Positions 1 through 8,699 of a stretch of DNA of 64,000 nucleotides are shown here, piece after piece (positions within the stretch are counted from its first letter, which is position 1; each line of letters opens with the position of its first letter). The position numbers and the translations under genes were made by a program. This DNA comes from a virus (Duplodnaviria > Caudoviricetes), in IMG/VR virus record IMGVR_UViG_3300032332_001787, positions 32,001 through 96,000 of that record. One strand, 5' to 3'. The notes below the pieces were generated by a model, which saw only the letters and a list, made by a program, of their open reading frames with translations, ran no database searches and was not told the origin of the DNA.

Positions 1-635
1 TCTTCTATTCTTTTGATTCTTTGTTCACGGGTAGCCTTTAGATCTTTACTGATTTTTTGTTGTTCGTTTAATAGTTTGGTATATTCGTTAGTATAGTTGG
101 CGATACTATTACGGGCAAAACTTAATTGGGTCTCTAAATTAACTAGTCGTGGAACATCTCGATCAATTTCTAATTTGGAGTATTCTTTATCTACTTCTTT
201 TTGTAGTTTTTCAGTTTCGCTAATGTGGCGCTTTCGTTCTTTCATGCTTCTGTTAATCAGAATGTCTATGGTGATAAATTGTTTGATCTGAAGTTCTTCT
301 GCAGGTAAAACATCTTCTCTAAACTGTTTGATAAGATTGACCCATAAGCTTTCAAAGTATTCTAGTTCACCACTATCTTCGTCAAACTGTCTTTTGATTT
401 CTGTCCAGAAATTTTTACTATGTAGTTTGTGTCTTAGTACCTTAGCGTCGTTGTATTCGTTGGGATCTAAACCTAACTTATTTTCTTCAATATATCTTTC
501 AACAGGGGCGGGATTTCTGTTGAGCTGTTCCGCAATTTGTTCTATGGTTAATGAGAGCACATTGTCTCTGATATATTTTTCTTCATCTAGTGCGAGCTGG
601 CCTCTTTTTTTAGGTCCTTTAGTACTCATAACCAT
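1..635 (-). CDS. partial hypothetical protein (N-terminal HTH-like segment, coiled-coil), runs off the window start
   Basis: Open minus-strand frame from ATG 635 (MVMSTKGPKKRGQLALDEEKYIRDNVLSLTIEQIAEQLNRNPAPVERYI...) with no stop before base 1; absent from the track because truncated. Confidence 0.6.
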   Translation of the reverse strand, partial: MVMSTKGPKKRGQLALDEEKYIRDNVLSLTIEQIAEQLNRNPAPVERYIEENKLGLDPNEYNDAKVLRHKLHSKNFWTEIKRQFDEDSGELEYFESLWVNLIKQFREDVLPAEELQIKQFITIDILINRSMKERKRHISETEKLQKEVDKEYSKLEIDRDVPRLVNLETQLSFARNSIANYTNEYTKLLNEQQKISKDLKATREQRIKRIE

Positions 636-1299
636 GTTCTTTCAAAATATCTTGAATAACAGAATATAGTTTGGTCATGTCGGTTTTATAAATTTTTTCA
701 CCATATTTGAGTCTTAGGTAAGTTTCACGACATGATGATGGAATATGTTGGTCTAGCAGGTCGATAATTTGTTGATTAAATACTATATCAGAAACATCGG
801 GGCTTTTTGAGGATGGAGAATGAGAATAATCATTAACGTCTTCCATTCCTACGGGTTTCATGATATTCTTTTTGCTATTGTTACGGGTTTCCCATGCTGC
901 ATAGAGGGTACAGTCATTTTTATTGGAAAATTCCAAACATTGATTGGTGCTCTTTTTGCAGTGGGCGTCGTATAGTGGACAAGTAAAACAAGGTTTGTCG
1001 GGTCTTTGGTAATTATCTCTTTTATAATTGAAAAGACGATTACGAACGTGGGTCCATAAGAAATTTTCTAATGGTCGTTTATTGTCATATTTTTGAAGTC
1101 CTTCAAGTGCAAATATAGCAGCTTGTTGCTTCATATCATCAAAACTGTGATATCCAAATTTAAACTTGTGGCCTAGTCTTTTGCTTATATTATCTAAAAC
1201 AACTAAAAATTGTTCTTCTGTAACACCGTGGGGCAAATTGCTAGGATTTTGAGTTTTCTTCTTTGAGATTTTGGGGGTCTTGGAAATTTTCTTGGTCAT
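619..1299 (-). CDS. RNA polymerase sigma-70 family factor (region 2) with Cys-rich insertion
   Basis: FDDMKQQAAIFALEGLQKYDNKRPLENFLWTHVRNRLFNYKR resembles sigma region 2; followed by CFTC..C..C..C. Confidence 0.7.
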   Translation of the reverse strand: MTKKISKTPKISKKKTQNPSNLPHGVTEEQFLVVLDNISKRLGHKFKFGYHSFDDMKQQAAIFALEGLQKYDNKRPLENFLWTHVRNRLFNYKRDNYQRPDKPCFTCPLYDAHCKKSTNQCLEFSNKNDCTLYAAWETRNNSKKNIMKPVGMEDVNDYSHSPSSKSPDVSDIVFNQQIIDLLDQHIPSSCRETYLRLKYGEKIYKTDMTKLYSVIQDILKEHGYEY

Positions 1300-1513
1300 A
1301 TAATAATTGAGCTATACTCTTTCCTTGTGGTAACAACAAATCCATAGTGGCTTCATCATCTAGTGAACCAGAGGCTTTGATTGTTAAGGTGGAATTGACC
1401 AAATTAAAATCAATTTTAGGATTAGTCATTTATTCTCCTTGCGCGAAACTTGCCAACTACTAGTATAATAGTGTTCTTACACTTTTAGTCAACTTTATCC
1501 AAGAAAGTAAAAA

Positions 1514-1747
1514 ATGGCAACATATAAAAAGTGGTCATCTAGTGAAACAGAATTTATTCAGCAGAATCATACTTTGTTGTGTGATGAAGTTTTGGCCGTA
1601 AAACTAAGTCAAATTACTGGTCAAAATATAACAACAGCAATGGTTCGTCGTCAAAGACGCAAGCTAACTTTAAAGAAGGCTAGGGGGCGACCAAAGAAAA
1701 ATAAGGTGGTTGATAATAGCAATAATGATAGTGTGATTTCTAGCTGA
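1514..1747 (+). CDS. small DNA-binding protein (Myb/HTH-like plus AT-hook-like RGRP)
   Basis: WSSSETEFI...VRRQRRKL...KARGRPKK; basic protein. Confidence 0.5.
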   Translation: MATYKKWSSSETEFIQQNHTLLCDEVLAVKLSQITGQNITTAMVRRQRRKLTLKKARGRPKKNKVVDNSNNDSVISS

Positions 1748-1772
1748 GTATTATAATGTTTCTTTTTAAGAG

Positions 1773-1816
1773 AATAGTTCCAGGTGGCATTGGTGTCATC
1801 TGGAATTATTTTTTTC
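1773..1816 (+). terminator. intrinsic terminator
   Basis: AATAGTTCCAGGTGGCA-TTGG-TGTCATCTGGAATTATT followed by a T-run. Confidence 0.75.
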
Positions 1817-1891
1817 AAGGCTATGAAGGATGAGTGTCGATGTTAAACTTGTGGAAATCGGTCAATTTACTTTATTAACGAGGGATTTTTT

Positions 1892-2185
1892 ATGAAAAAG
1901 ACTTTATTATTAGCGACATTAGGTTTGAGTTTTTGTGCAGGAAAGACTTGCGTGGGGAGTGATTGGGTGCCGATGGCTCCAGTAGTCCAAAAGGTGGAAT
2001 ATGTTCCATACTACTATTATGTTCCGGCTGTAACTATGGTTCCATTGGTTACTCAGTATGCTCCGGTGGTAAAGTATGAGAATGTGATGGTGGAAAGTCA
2101 GAGCTGGTGTCTTTTAAAGAAATATCAGGTAGTGGCAGTGCCAAAAGTAGTTTATGTTCCGATGACTCAGACTATTAAGTATTAG
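1892..2185 (+). CDS. secreted/membrane small protein with signal peptide, V/P/Y-rich
   Basis: MKKTLLLATLGLSFCAG N-terminus; RBS-like GAGG upstream. Confidence 0.6.
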   Translation: MKKTLLLATLGLSFCAGKTCVGSDWVPMAPVVQKVEYVPYYYYVPAVTMVPLVTQYAPVVKYENVMVESQSWCLLKKYQVVAVPKVVYVPMTQTIKY

Positions 2186-2195
2186 GAGTATTTTT

Positions 2196-3335
2196 ATGAG
2201 AATAAAAGGAACCAAAGATAAAAAGAAAAGAAAAATTAAAACTATTTTGGATGGAAACCAAGAAAGAAATTTAATTGAGGATTATGAGCAAGGAGTAGCC
2301 ACTTCTGAATTAAGAAAAAAGTATAATGTGACAAAATCTTATGTTAGTAATATGTTTAAGCGCAGAAATATTAAGAAAAGAATAGATTGGTCAGTAATTG
2401 ACCAGTGGTCGGAGGTTGATGATATAGAAGCAATTGAAGAGGGGGCTCATGGGATTTATGCATTATTTTTTGTAAATATCTTAGATAGTAATAATATAAA
2501 AGTATATATTGGTAGTAGTACAAATATTAAAACTAGATTAAAGTGTCATACCAAAGATTTAAAGATAGATCAACATAAATCTACAAATTTATCAAGAATA
2601 TATAAAGACAATAATTATACTATGAGATATGCTATTATAGAAATTTGTTCTGATAAAGAAATTTTGCAGAAAGAGAGTGAATATCTGAGAAGATGGTCAG
2701 ATAGTTGTTTATTAAACAGATCGAAGCCTACCAATGAGGAAGACATGGGGCCTTGGTTGAAGGCTGTATTAAAAAATAAAGCATATAGAGAAGGATATGT
2801 AATTAATAATCAAACAGGATGTAAGGAGAGCGTTAGCGTATCTAAGAGCGGATATGGTAAAGCGAAAGTAACTCTTGGGGGATCTAATATTGGGGGCAGG
2901 GGTGTTACAAAGTATTTGCTTAAGCACCGTGTAGCTTTTTGGGAAAAAAACGGAAGTTATCCAGAATTAGTGAGACATACGTGTGGAAATAGAAAATGTT
3001 ATAATCCTGATCATTTAGAGCCTGGAAATCATAGAGACAATAATTTAGATAAACGAGGGGATTTTCCAGAAATTTTTGAGAAAGCGTGGTTGGAATTAAA
3101 TGGGGATTTGGAAAAATTAACGGAGCATTTTTCTGACCGATGGACAGCTTGTCAGATGTGGAAAGGAAAAACTGTTTCATATGCTATATATAGCTGGGAA
3201 AAGAAACTGGGTCTAAGGAAAAAGTATCCAGAGATATTAGATGCTAATAGCGACAGAAGATTCAGCTTGTCTTATCAGAAACTAAGAAGAAATAAGAAGA
3301 AGAAACAAAAAGGGCTACCGACAAAGTTTAGCTAG
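2196..3335 (+). CDS. homing-endonuclease-like protein with both GIY-YIG and HNH (His-Me finger) domains
   Basis: GIYALFF...VYIGSSTNIKTRLKCH, then HRVAFWEKNG...VRHTCGNRKCYNPDHLEPGNHRDN. Confidence 0.85.
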   Translation: MRIKGTKDKKKRKIKTILDGNQERNLIEDYEQGVATSELRKKYNVTKSYVSNMFKRRNIKKRIDWSVIDQWSEVDDIEAIEEGAHGIYALFFVNILDSNNIKVYIGSSTNIKTRLKCHTKDLKIDQHKSTNLSRIYKDNNYTMRYAIIEICSDKEILQKESEYLRRWSDSCLLNRSKPTNEEDMGPWLKAVLKNKAYREGYVINNQTGCKESVSVSKSGYGKAKVTLGGSNIGGRGVTKYLLKHRVAFWEKNGSYPELVRHTCGNRKCYNPDHLEPGNHRDNNLDKRGDFPEIFEKAWLELNGDLEKLTEHFSDRWTACQMWKGKTVSYAIYSWEKKLGLRKKYPEILDANSDRRFSLSYQKLRRNKKKKQKGLPTKFS

Positions 3336-3425
3336 TACATTTGCTTTAAAGTCTCCTTACTATTTCTAAACCTCCCGGCATTTTTTGAAACTCTCAGAAA
3401 ATTGACCTATAAAACAGAAAAACAC

Positions 3426-3507
3426 CCTAACTCTATATAGGGTAATAACTTAGGGTGAGTATGAGACGCCCGGCTTGACGTAAGTACCTGCTATATATAG
3501 ACTTACG
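3426..3507. repeat. 82-bp bipartite palindromic repeat R1
   Basis: CCTAACTCTAT-ATAGGGT-AATAACTTAGG / 24 bp / CGTAAGTACCT-GCTATAT-ATAGACTTACG. Confidence 0.8.
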
Positions 3508-3568
3508 ACAAATTCTAAAAAATATTTTGTTTGGCATGAAATTATATTTAAAAATCCAAAGATTTCTC

Positions 3569-3596
3569 TTGAAAGCGTCGATAAATACTGTATAAT
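3569..3596 (+). promoter_or_regulatory. sigma70-type promoter after R1
   Basis: TTGAAA-16-(TG)TATAAT with CGATA in the spacer. Confidence 0.7.
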
Positions 3597-3627
3597 AGGA
3601 TCAACACAAGAGAAAAGGAAAAGAATC

Positions 3628-3777
3628 ATGGAAAACGTCGTTACCGTCTACTTCACTTCTGACTGCTGCGGTTGCAACATGACTTTCGCTCAGACCGATT
3701 ACGGTATCTGCCCTAGCTGTGGAGAACACTGCGAGGTTATCGGAGAGGAAGTGATCGAAGATAATGGGGAGTATTGA
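3628..3777 (+). CDS. 49-aa Cys-rich zinc-finger protein (below the track cut-off)
   Basis: MENVVTVYFTSDCCGCNMTFAQTDYGICPSCGEHCEVIGEE...; directly downstream of a promoter and AGGA RBS. Confidence 0.6.
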   Translation: MENVVTVYFTSDCCGCNMTFAQTDYGICPSCGEHCEVIGEEVIEDNGEY

Positions 3778-3826
3778 CAAGCAGATAGCCGATAGGATAT
3801 AGTGAAATCAACACAAGGGAAAAGAA

Positions 3827-3976
3827 ATGACCATTCAAGTACAAAACACGATTCGCCGCCTAGTTGCTCGACACGGATATTCGGCTACATTTGTTCAGCA
3901 CTTGGGAGAAGGTATTCTTTTGTACAGTATCGGGGGTATCATGTATCGAATTCGTGGAGATGGTACGATTCTCTAA
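3827..3976 (+). CDS. 49-aa hypothetical protein
   Basis: MTIQVQNTIRRLVARHGYSATFVQHLGEG...; stop codon 8 bp before R2. Confidence 0.55.
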   Translation: MTIQVQNTIRRLVARHGYSATFVQHLGEGILLYSIGGIMYRIRGDGTIL

Positions 3977-3984
3977 AAGCTTGA

Positions 3985-4066
3985 CCTAAAGCCTTACCCC
4001 ATAAGCACTTAGGGCTAGGCGGACGGGCCGGGCTTGACGTAAGTACTTGCCCCATAAGACTTTACG
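3985..4066. repeat. 82-bp repeat R2
   Basis: CCTAAAGCCTT-ACCCCAT-AAGCACTTAGG / 24 / CGTAAGTACTT-GCCCCAT-AAGACTTTACG. Confidence 0.9.
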
Positions 4067-4072
4067 ACAACT

Positions 4073-4090
4073 TAGCAAATGGTATGCCAA
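4073..4090 (-). promoter_or_regulatory. sigma54 (-24/-12)-like site
   Basis: Minus strand TTGGCATACCATTTGCTA: GG-N10-GC spacing with TGGCA and TTGC. Confidence 0.55.
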
Positions 4091-4153
4091 TATGTAGAAA
4101 AATGATGAAAAGTTTTGTCAAATTCTCTTGACAATAAAATTTGCAAATTTCTC

Positions 4154-4182
4154 TTGCAATCTCAAGTATGGGATGGTATAAT
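4154..4182 (+). promoter_or_regulatory. sigma70-type promoter after R2
   Basis: TTGCAA-17-TATAAT then GTCGATATAAG. Confidence 0.75.
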
Positions 4183-4221
4183 GTCGATATAAGAAGTAAG
4201 AGAGAAAGAGAGAAAGAGAAA

Positions 4222-4440
4222 ATGAGAAAGCCTCCAAAAAGTTCGACTGTCAAGGGTAAAATCAACGCCTATGCCTACAAGTGTGGGTTTACGTTTCACC
4301 CGAAAGAGGATGGTTCGTTTGCCCTGTTCGACATTCACATGGGATACTACGTCTGCCGTGGTTCCCATGATCGTGTTGTCCAGTTCGTGATTGATGAACT
4401 GTGGGCAAAGTATTATCGGTCACAGCCGACCCCCGTATGA
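4222..4440 (+). CDS. hypothetical protein
   Basis: ATG after a purine-rich leader downstream of the R2 promoter. Confidence 0.6.
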   Translation: MRKPPKSSTVKGKINAYAYKCGFTFHPKEDGSFALFDIHMGYYVCRGSHDRVVQFVIDELWAKYYRSQPTPV

Positions 4441-4739
4441 GGGGGTTGATTAGACATTCGTTTTAGGCTAAAATACAAACACAAGAAAGAGAGACTCTAA
4501 TGCTGACGATGATTGATTATATTCAACTGTTTGCTCTGATTGCTGGTTGTGCTTTCATCACCTATACTGTGCATGAAGTGGGTAACGCTATCCATTCTAT
4601 GCTACATGAAAACGACTGAGGAGAATATGTCTAGGTATCTGCCCGATGGGTATGTAGATTATGCTACATACAATATTAAAGAGATTTTACAGTTTCTTCA
4701 ACAATTATTAGGGATGATCAGCGAAAGCTGGTAAACAAA

Positions 4740-5057
4740 ATGACACATTTTGAAGCAGTGAAGATGGTTCGTGGTAAGACTAATAAGAATACTCGCAAGG
4801 TTGGTAATAATACCTATGCGGAAATTCTTCCCGATGGTAGCGTAGGGATCATGCTGCATAGTACCTATGTGGTAAAGATTCATCCCGATAATAGTGCTAC
4901 CCTTAATAGTGGGGGTTGGCGTACTAGTACCACTAAGGATAGAATTAACCAGTATTCGCCCGTGCGTGTATATCAACGCAAGGGAGAATGGTATCTGGAA
5001 AGTGGTTTAGAGTATGAAGATGGTATGGTTGTGGCTGATATGAATCTTATCTACTAA
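4740..5057 (+). CDS. hypothetical phage protein
   Basis: 105-aa ORF; stop codon 1 bp before R3. Confidence 0.7.
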   Translation: MTHFEAVKMVRGKTNKNTRKVGNNTYAEILPDGSVGIMLHSTYVVKIHPDNSATLNSGGWRTSTTKDRINQYSPVRVYQRKGEWYLESGLEYEDGMVVADMNLIY

Positions 5058-5058
5058 A

Positions 5059-5140
5059 CGTAAGTCCTTGACCCTAAAGCACTTAGGGCAAGGCGGGCCG
5101 GCCCCGCTCGACGTAAGTGCTTATACAGTAAGGGTTTGCG
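5059..5140. repeat. 82-bp repeat R3
   Basis: CGTAAGTCCTT-GACCCTA-AAGCACTTAGG / 24 / CGTAAGTGCTT-ATACAGT-AAGGGTTTGCG. Confidence 0.9.
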
Positions 5141-5151
5141 ACGAATACCTA

Positions 5152-5169
5152 TAGCAAATGCTGTGCCAA
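5152..5169 (-). promoter_or_regulatory. sigma54 (-24/-12)-like site
   Basis: Minus strand TTGGCACAGCATTTGCTA, close to the TGGCAC-N5-TTGC consensus. Confidence 0.6.
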
Positions 5170-5203
5170 TGCAACCTTACGACATTGTAAGGAAACTTTT
5201 CTC

Positions 5204-5232
5204 TTGCAAGCTCAAGATGGGCATGGTATAAT
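5204..5232 (+). promoter_or_regulatory. sigma70-type promoter after R3
   Basis: TTGCAA-17-TATAAT then GTCGATATAAG. Confidence 0.75.
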
Positions 5233-5728
5233 GTCGATATAAGGATAAGGGAGAAAAGAGATGAAGAACAAGATCAATGTGGGTGATGTGGTCGAAATGT
5301 CGTGTGGGTATGGTACGGTTCAGCAGATCATCGGGAAAAACTATCGGATTCTGCTCTCTGGCCAGTATGGGTATGGTGAGTGGTATACCCTGAGTGATAT
5401 GATATCCCACGCTACCCTGTACCCCAAATGAGGGGTTGACAAAAGATAAAAAATTGTCTAGAATAACAACACAAGAAAGAGAGAAAAGAATGTACGAAAT
5501 TGGTGATAGTGTGGTACTCAAAGGATTTGAGAAAAGGATCGTGGGAAAGATTGTTTCCTATCATTACGATGAGGGTAATGTGTGGGTCGTGCGAACTGAA
5601 GGCGGAAATCTTTGGGATTGTTGCGACAACGAATTGGATATCCTTACGGTATTGTAAGGTTGACACAGTAAAATCCGTTTGGTATAATGCACACACAAGA
5701 GAACGATAGACCTAAGAGAGAAAAGAAA

Positions 5729-6103
5729 ATGAAAACCAAGTATCCAATCATCGAAAATGCCAAGCGTCAAGCCCGTATGATCTTCAAGGGTATCGCAGTG
5801 CCGATGCTCGTGGAAATTCCCGATGATCGAATCACGGAAGATACCGATTACGTCTACGGCGTGACCGACCATAAGCGTTATGTTGTGAGCGAGAAGGTAA
5901 TCAAGTTCAATCGTACCGCACTGAAGAACATTGGCAAGGTTCGCAAGGAAAAAGCCGATCCCCGCTATGTGGGGGGTGAGGATACTATGATCGTTGCGGT
6001 TGGCAAGCCGGGAAGTCGTGAGCGTGTTGAGGAACTGACCAAGCAATACGGTGCGGTTGCTCATCTGGAAATCAGCCCGTTCAGCTTCAAGGGTGATGAA
6101 TAA
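5729..6103 (+). CDS. hypothetical protein
   Basis: ORF downstream of promoter 5660-5688. Confidence 0.65.
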   Translation: MKTKYPIIENAKRQARMIFKGIAVPMLVEIPDDRITEDTDYVYGVTDHKRYVVSEKVIKFNRTALKNIGKVRKEKADPRYVGGEDTMIVAVGKPGSRERVEELTKQYGAVAHLEISPFSFKGDE

Positions 6104-6136
6104 ACGATCACTACTGCACAAAAGCATAGCAGTTGA

Positions 6137-6218
6137 CCTAAAGCGTTACCCTGTAAGTACTTAGGGCGAACGCGGCCCGCCCCGCGAAGCGTAAGTACTT
6201 GTGAGATAACGACTTATG
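6137..6218. repeat. 82-bp repeat R4
   Basis: CCTAAAGCGTT-ACCCTGT-AAGTACTTAGG / 24 / CGTAAGTACTT-GTGAGAT-AACGACTTATG. Confidence 0.9.
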
Positions 6219-6262
6219 ACAACCTTACGATATTGCAAGGAAACTTTTCCTACTCTACCCTA

Positions 6263-6291
6263 TTGACAAATGACGATAATACTTGTATAAT
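6263..6291 (+). promoter_or_regulatory. sigma70-type promoter after R4
   Basis: TTGACA-17-TATAAT. Confidence 0.85.
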
Positions 6292-6319
6292 GGTGACAGA
6301 AAGAAAGAGAGAGTTGAAG

Positions 6320-6823
6320 ATGGAAAAGGTTACGAGTGTGAATGGTTTTATTGGTTCGCTTCCCAGGATTCGGAGGCGTAGGATTTGGAGTGTGACGATT
6401 GACGGAAAGGTTGTTCAAGGCGTGAGTGCCGATGACAACCGAAAGGAAACTGCTGAAGCGTATATTGCTAGCAAGTACCCCGGTCAAGCTTTCACTCTCA
6501 AGTTTGTTGAGTGGAGAATCTGAACCTTACGGTATTGTAAGGTGTTGCAGGCTAAAGGTTGATGTGGTAGAATGTCGATAATAGGTATAGAGAAGATGAC
6601 CAGTAACCAAGAGGAAAAGATGAGTAACATTGTGTTGCCCCAGCGGTATGATTGGGTGGAGTTTGACTATAAGGGTGAGAACTTCCGTGGTGAGGTTCGT
6701 AGGGTTGAAGATAAGCCCAAGGGTAAGTTGATGATTGTGAAGATTGGACATACTGAGTATCGGTCGTGCTACCTTGACCAGTGTGAGAATCTGACCACCA
6801 CCCCTGCTGAAACGGAGGCTTGA
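6320..6823 (+). CDS. two small hypothetical proteins (6320-6523, 6620-6823), each with its own promoter
   Basis: ORFs following promoters 6263-6291 and 6545-6573. Confidence 0.6.
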
Positions 6824-7181
6824 GCATGAGAATGATCGAATATCCTTTTGTGTGGGTTATGGGGGCTTTCCTTAAAGTGATGGAAACTCTCTGTGAAGTT
6901 TGGCAGAGGATCAACGAATATGAGAATATGAAGTCTAGGGGTTATACTCTTATGAAAAGTGATAAGGGTGATGATTTCTGGGTAGGTTATGGGGATTGAC
7001 CACTTAAACAAAATGGAGATACAGGGATGTATCAATTTGATTTTATTAGTGTCGCTTTCGGCTATGTTTGTGGTATTATTCTGTATGCTAGTATGTCAAA
7101 TATCATGTATATGGAGGAAAGTGATGAAAGTGAGTGACTACATATTGTGGGGGGTGTGTTTTGTTATTGGCTGCACTATGA

Positions 7182-7263
7182 CGTATCTCCTTCATCTGTA
7201 AGGACTTACGTCAAGTTCGGCCCGCCCCGCGAAGCGTAAGTGCTTATGCTGCAACACTTTACG
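7182..7263. repeat. 82-bp repeat R5
   Basis: CGTATCTCCTT-CATCTGT-AAGGACTTACG / 24 / CGTAAGTGCTT-ATGCTGC-AACACTTTACG. Confidence 0.9.
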
Positions 7264-7306
7264 ACAACCTTACAGCATTATAAGGAAACTTTTCTGTTGA
7301 AAGGTA

Positions 7307-7335
7307 TTGACAGTTGACGATAATAGATGTATAAT
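7307..7335 (+). promoter_or_regulatory. sigma70-type promoter after R5
   Basis: TTGACA-17-TATAAT. Confidence 0.85.
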
Positions 7336-7368
7336 CCTAGCATCTTAACCCCAACTGAGGAATGTCTA

Positions 7369-7548
7369 ATGTCGAATACTTTCTACTGTCTGGAATGTGA
7401 TGCTGACTGTGGGTCTTTTGAGCATTGCTGTGCTTGCGAGGACAATCCCGCGATGGAGAATCGTGAGCATCCCGGTTTCATCTCAAGTGCAGAGATTGAG
7501 AGTGAAATTCAGACTGAAAATTTCTGGTATGAATACGATCAGCGTTGA
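7369..7548 (+). CDS. acidic CxxC zinc-binding small protein
   Basis: FYCLECDADCGSFEHCCACE. Confidence 0.6.
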   Translation: MSNTFYCLECDADCGSFEHCCACEDNPAMENREHPGFISSAEIESEIQTENFWYEYDQR

Positions 7549-7607
7549 CAGAGTTGATTAGACTTGGTAGAATAAGCCCATAACCCTTACCTTTGGAGAG
7601 TTTATCT

Positions 7608-7805
7608 ATGAACGAAGATTCCTTTCTCGACTCCTACATGGAATCCTATATCGGTGGTTGGACAGGCGATGAGGATGCCTATTACGCCGAAGATGAGGCG
7701 GAGGATGGGTATCTCAAAGAACCTGAAGATTACGATATCTGGGATGATGAGGACGATGGTGGAGATGGGTTCATGACCTGTCCAGAGGACATCGGAGACT
7801 ATTGA
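7608..7805 (+). CDS. highly acidic small protein
   Basis: D/E/Y/G-rich with a single Lys; stop codon abuts R6. Confidence 0.65.
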   Translation: MNEDSFLDSYMESYIGGWTGDEDAYYAEDEAEDGYLKEPEDYDIWDDEDDGGDGFMTCPEDIGDY

Positions 7806-7887
7806 CGTAACCCCCGGCCCTATAAGGACTTAGGGCAAACCGGGGCGGCCCCGCGTAGCGTAAGTCTTTATCCGTCAAGAGTTTACA
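7806..7887. repeat. 82-bp repeat R6
   Basis: CGTAACCCCCG-GCCCTAT-AAGGACTTAGG / 24 / CGTAAGTCTTT-ATCCGTC-AAGAGTTTACA. Confidence 0.9.
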
Positions 7888-7995
7888 ACAACCTTACGAA
7901 ATTGCAAGGAAAAACTTTTATGGTAGGGCTTGCAATGGGTCGATAATAAGTGTAGAATACCAACATCACGAACGGAAACCACAGGAACCAGAATC

Positions 7996-8169
7996 ATGCT
8001 GAACTTTGACGAGATCAACGATATTCTGAACGATATGGCTGAAGCCGGTATTCTTGAGCCGATGGTCGAGCCGATTGACGATCCTAGTGTGGAAGTCAAC
8101 TTTTGGGATTGGGCAGATGTGGTGGGTGCTGTTGACGAATTCGTTCCCGAGGAGTATACTCATGCTTAG
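7996..8169 (+). CDS. acidic small protein
   Basis: MLNFDEINDILNDMAEAGILEPMVEP... Confidence 0.6.
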   Translation: MLNFDEINDILNDMAEAGILEPMVEPIDDPSVEVNFWDWADVVGAVDEFVPEEYTHA

Positions 8170-8229
8170 TGCGATTGCTTTCGTTGTGGGCTATATTGGC
8201 TTGTTTTACATTACTACCATCGTGAGGGA

Positions 8230-8511
8230 TTGACCATGAGCTACGAATATGACGATCTTGAAGATTTTTATGGTATCGACGCTGATGATCGTACTAATGA
8301 TTATTGGGCTGGAAATGATGACCTGGAGAATGATTCTGATGATTCATTTGATGATAGTATGGATGGTGATGCTGAATCTGCGTTGGCTTCCGCTGGATGG
8401 GGAACCGACGAAGACTATGGTTACTATGGTGACGATGGAGTAGAAGATTTCCACGCCGATGAGGCTATCGGATTCGTTGATTACAACGACGATGGCCCAT
8501 ACGATGACTGA
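8230..8511 (+). CDS. extremely acidic protein (about one third D/E)
   Basis: 1 Arg and no Lys in 93 aa. Confidence 0.7.
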   Translation: MTMSYEYDDLEDFYGIDADDRTNDYWAGNDDLENDSDDSFDDSMDGDAESALASAGWGTDEDYGYYGDDGVEDFHADEAIGFVDYNDDGPYDD

Positions 8512-8520
8512 ATTACTCGC

Positions 8521-8602
8521 CGTAAACCCTTTGTGCCTAAGCACTTAGGGTTGGCGGGGCGGGCCGGATTTGTCGTAAGTCTTTATCCTGCAACACTTTG
8601 CG
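8521..8602. repeat. 82-bp repeat R7
   Basis: CGTAAACCCTT-TGTGCCT-AAGCACTTAGG / 24 / CGTAAGTCTTT-ATCCTGC-AACACTTTGCG. Confidence 0.9.
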
Positions 8603-8699
8603 AGAACCTTACGAAATTGTAAGAAAACTTTCTAGTTGACAACTAAAGTTTCATGTGCTAAAATGTCGATATAAGAGATAGAGAAAGAGAGAGTGAAGA

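Larger units (their letters stand above)
5175..8624. repeat. 18-bp palindrome family CCTTAC-N6-GYAAGG (7 copies)
   Basis: 5175-5192, 5642-5659, 6223-6240, 6525-6542, 7268-7285, 7892-7909, 8607-8624; each shortly upstream of a -35 box. Confidence 0.8.

Noticed and set aside
97-669. + strand ORFs 97-291 and 328-669
   Set aside because: Shadows of the truncated minus-strand gene 1-635.
3531-3548. Third sigma54 site TTGGCATGAAATTAT
   Set aside because: Has the -24 TGGCA but lacks the -12 TTGC.
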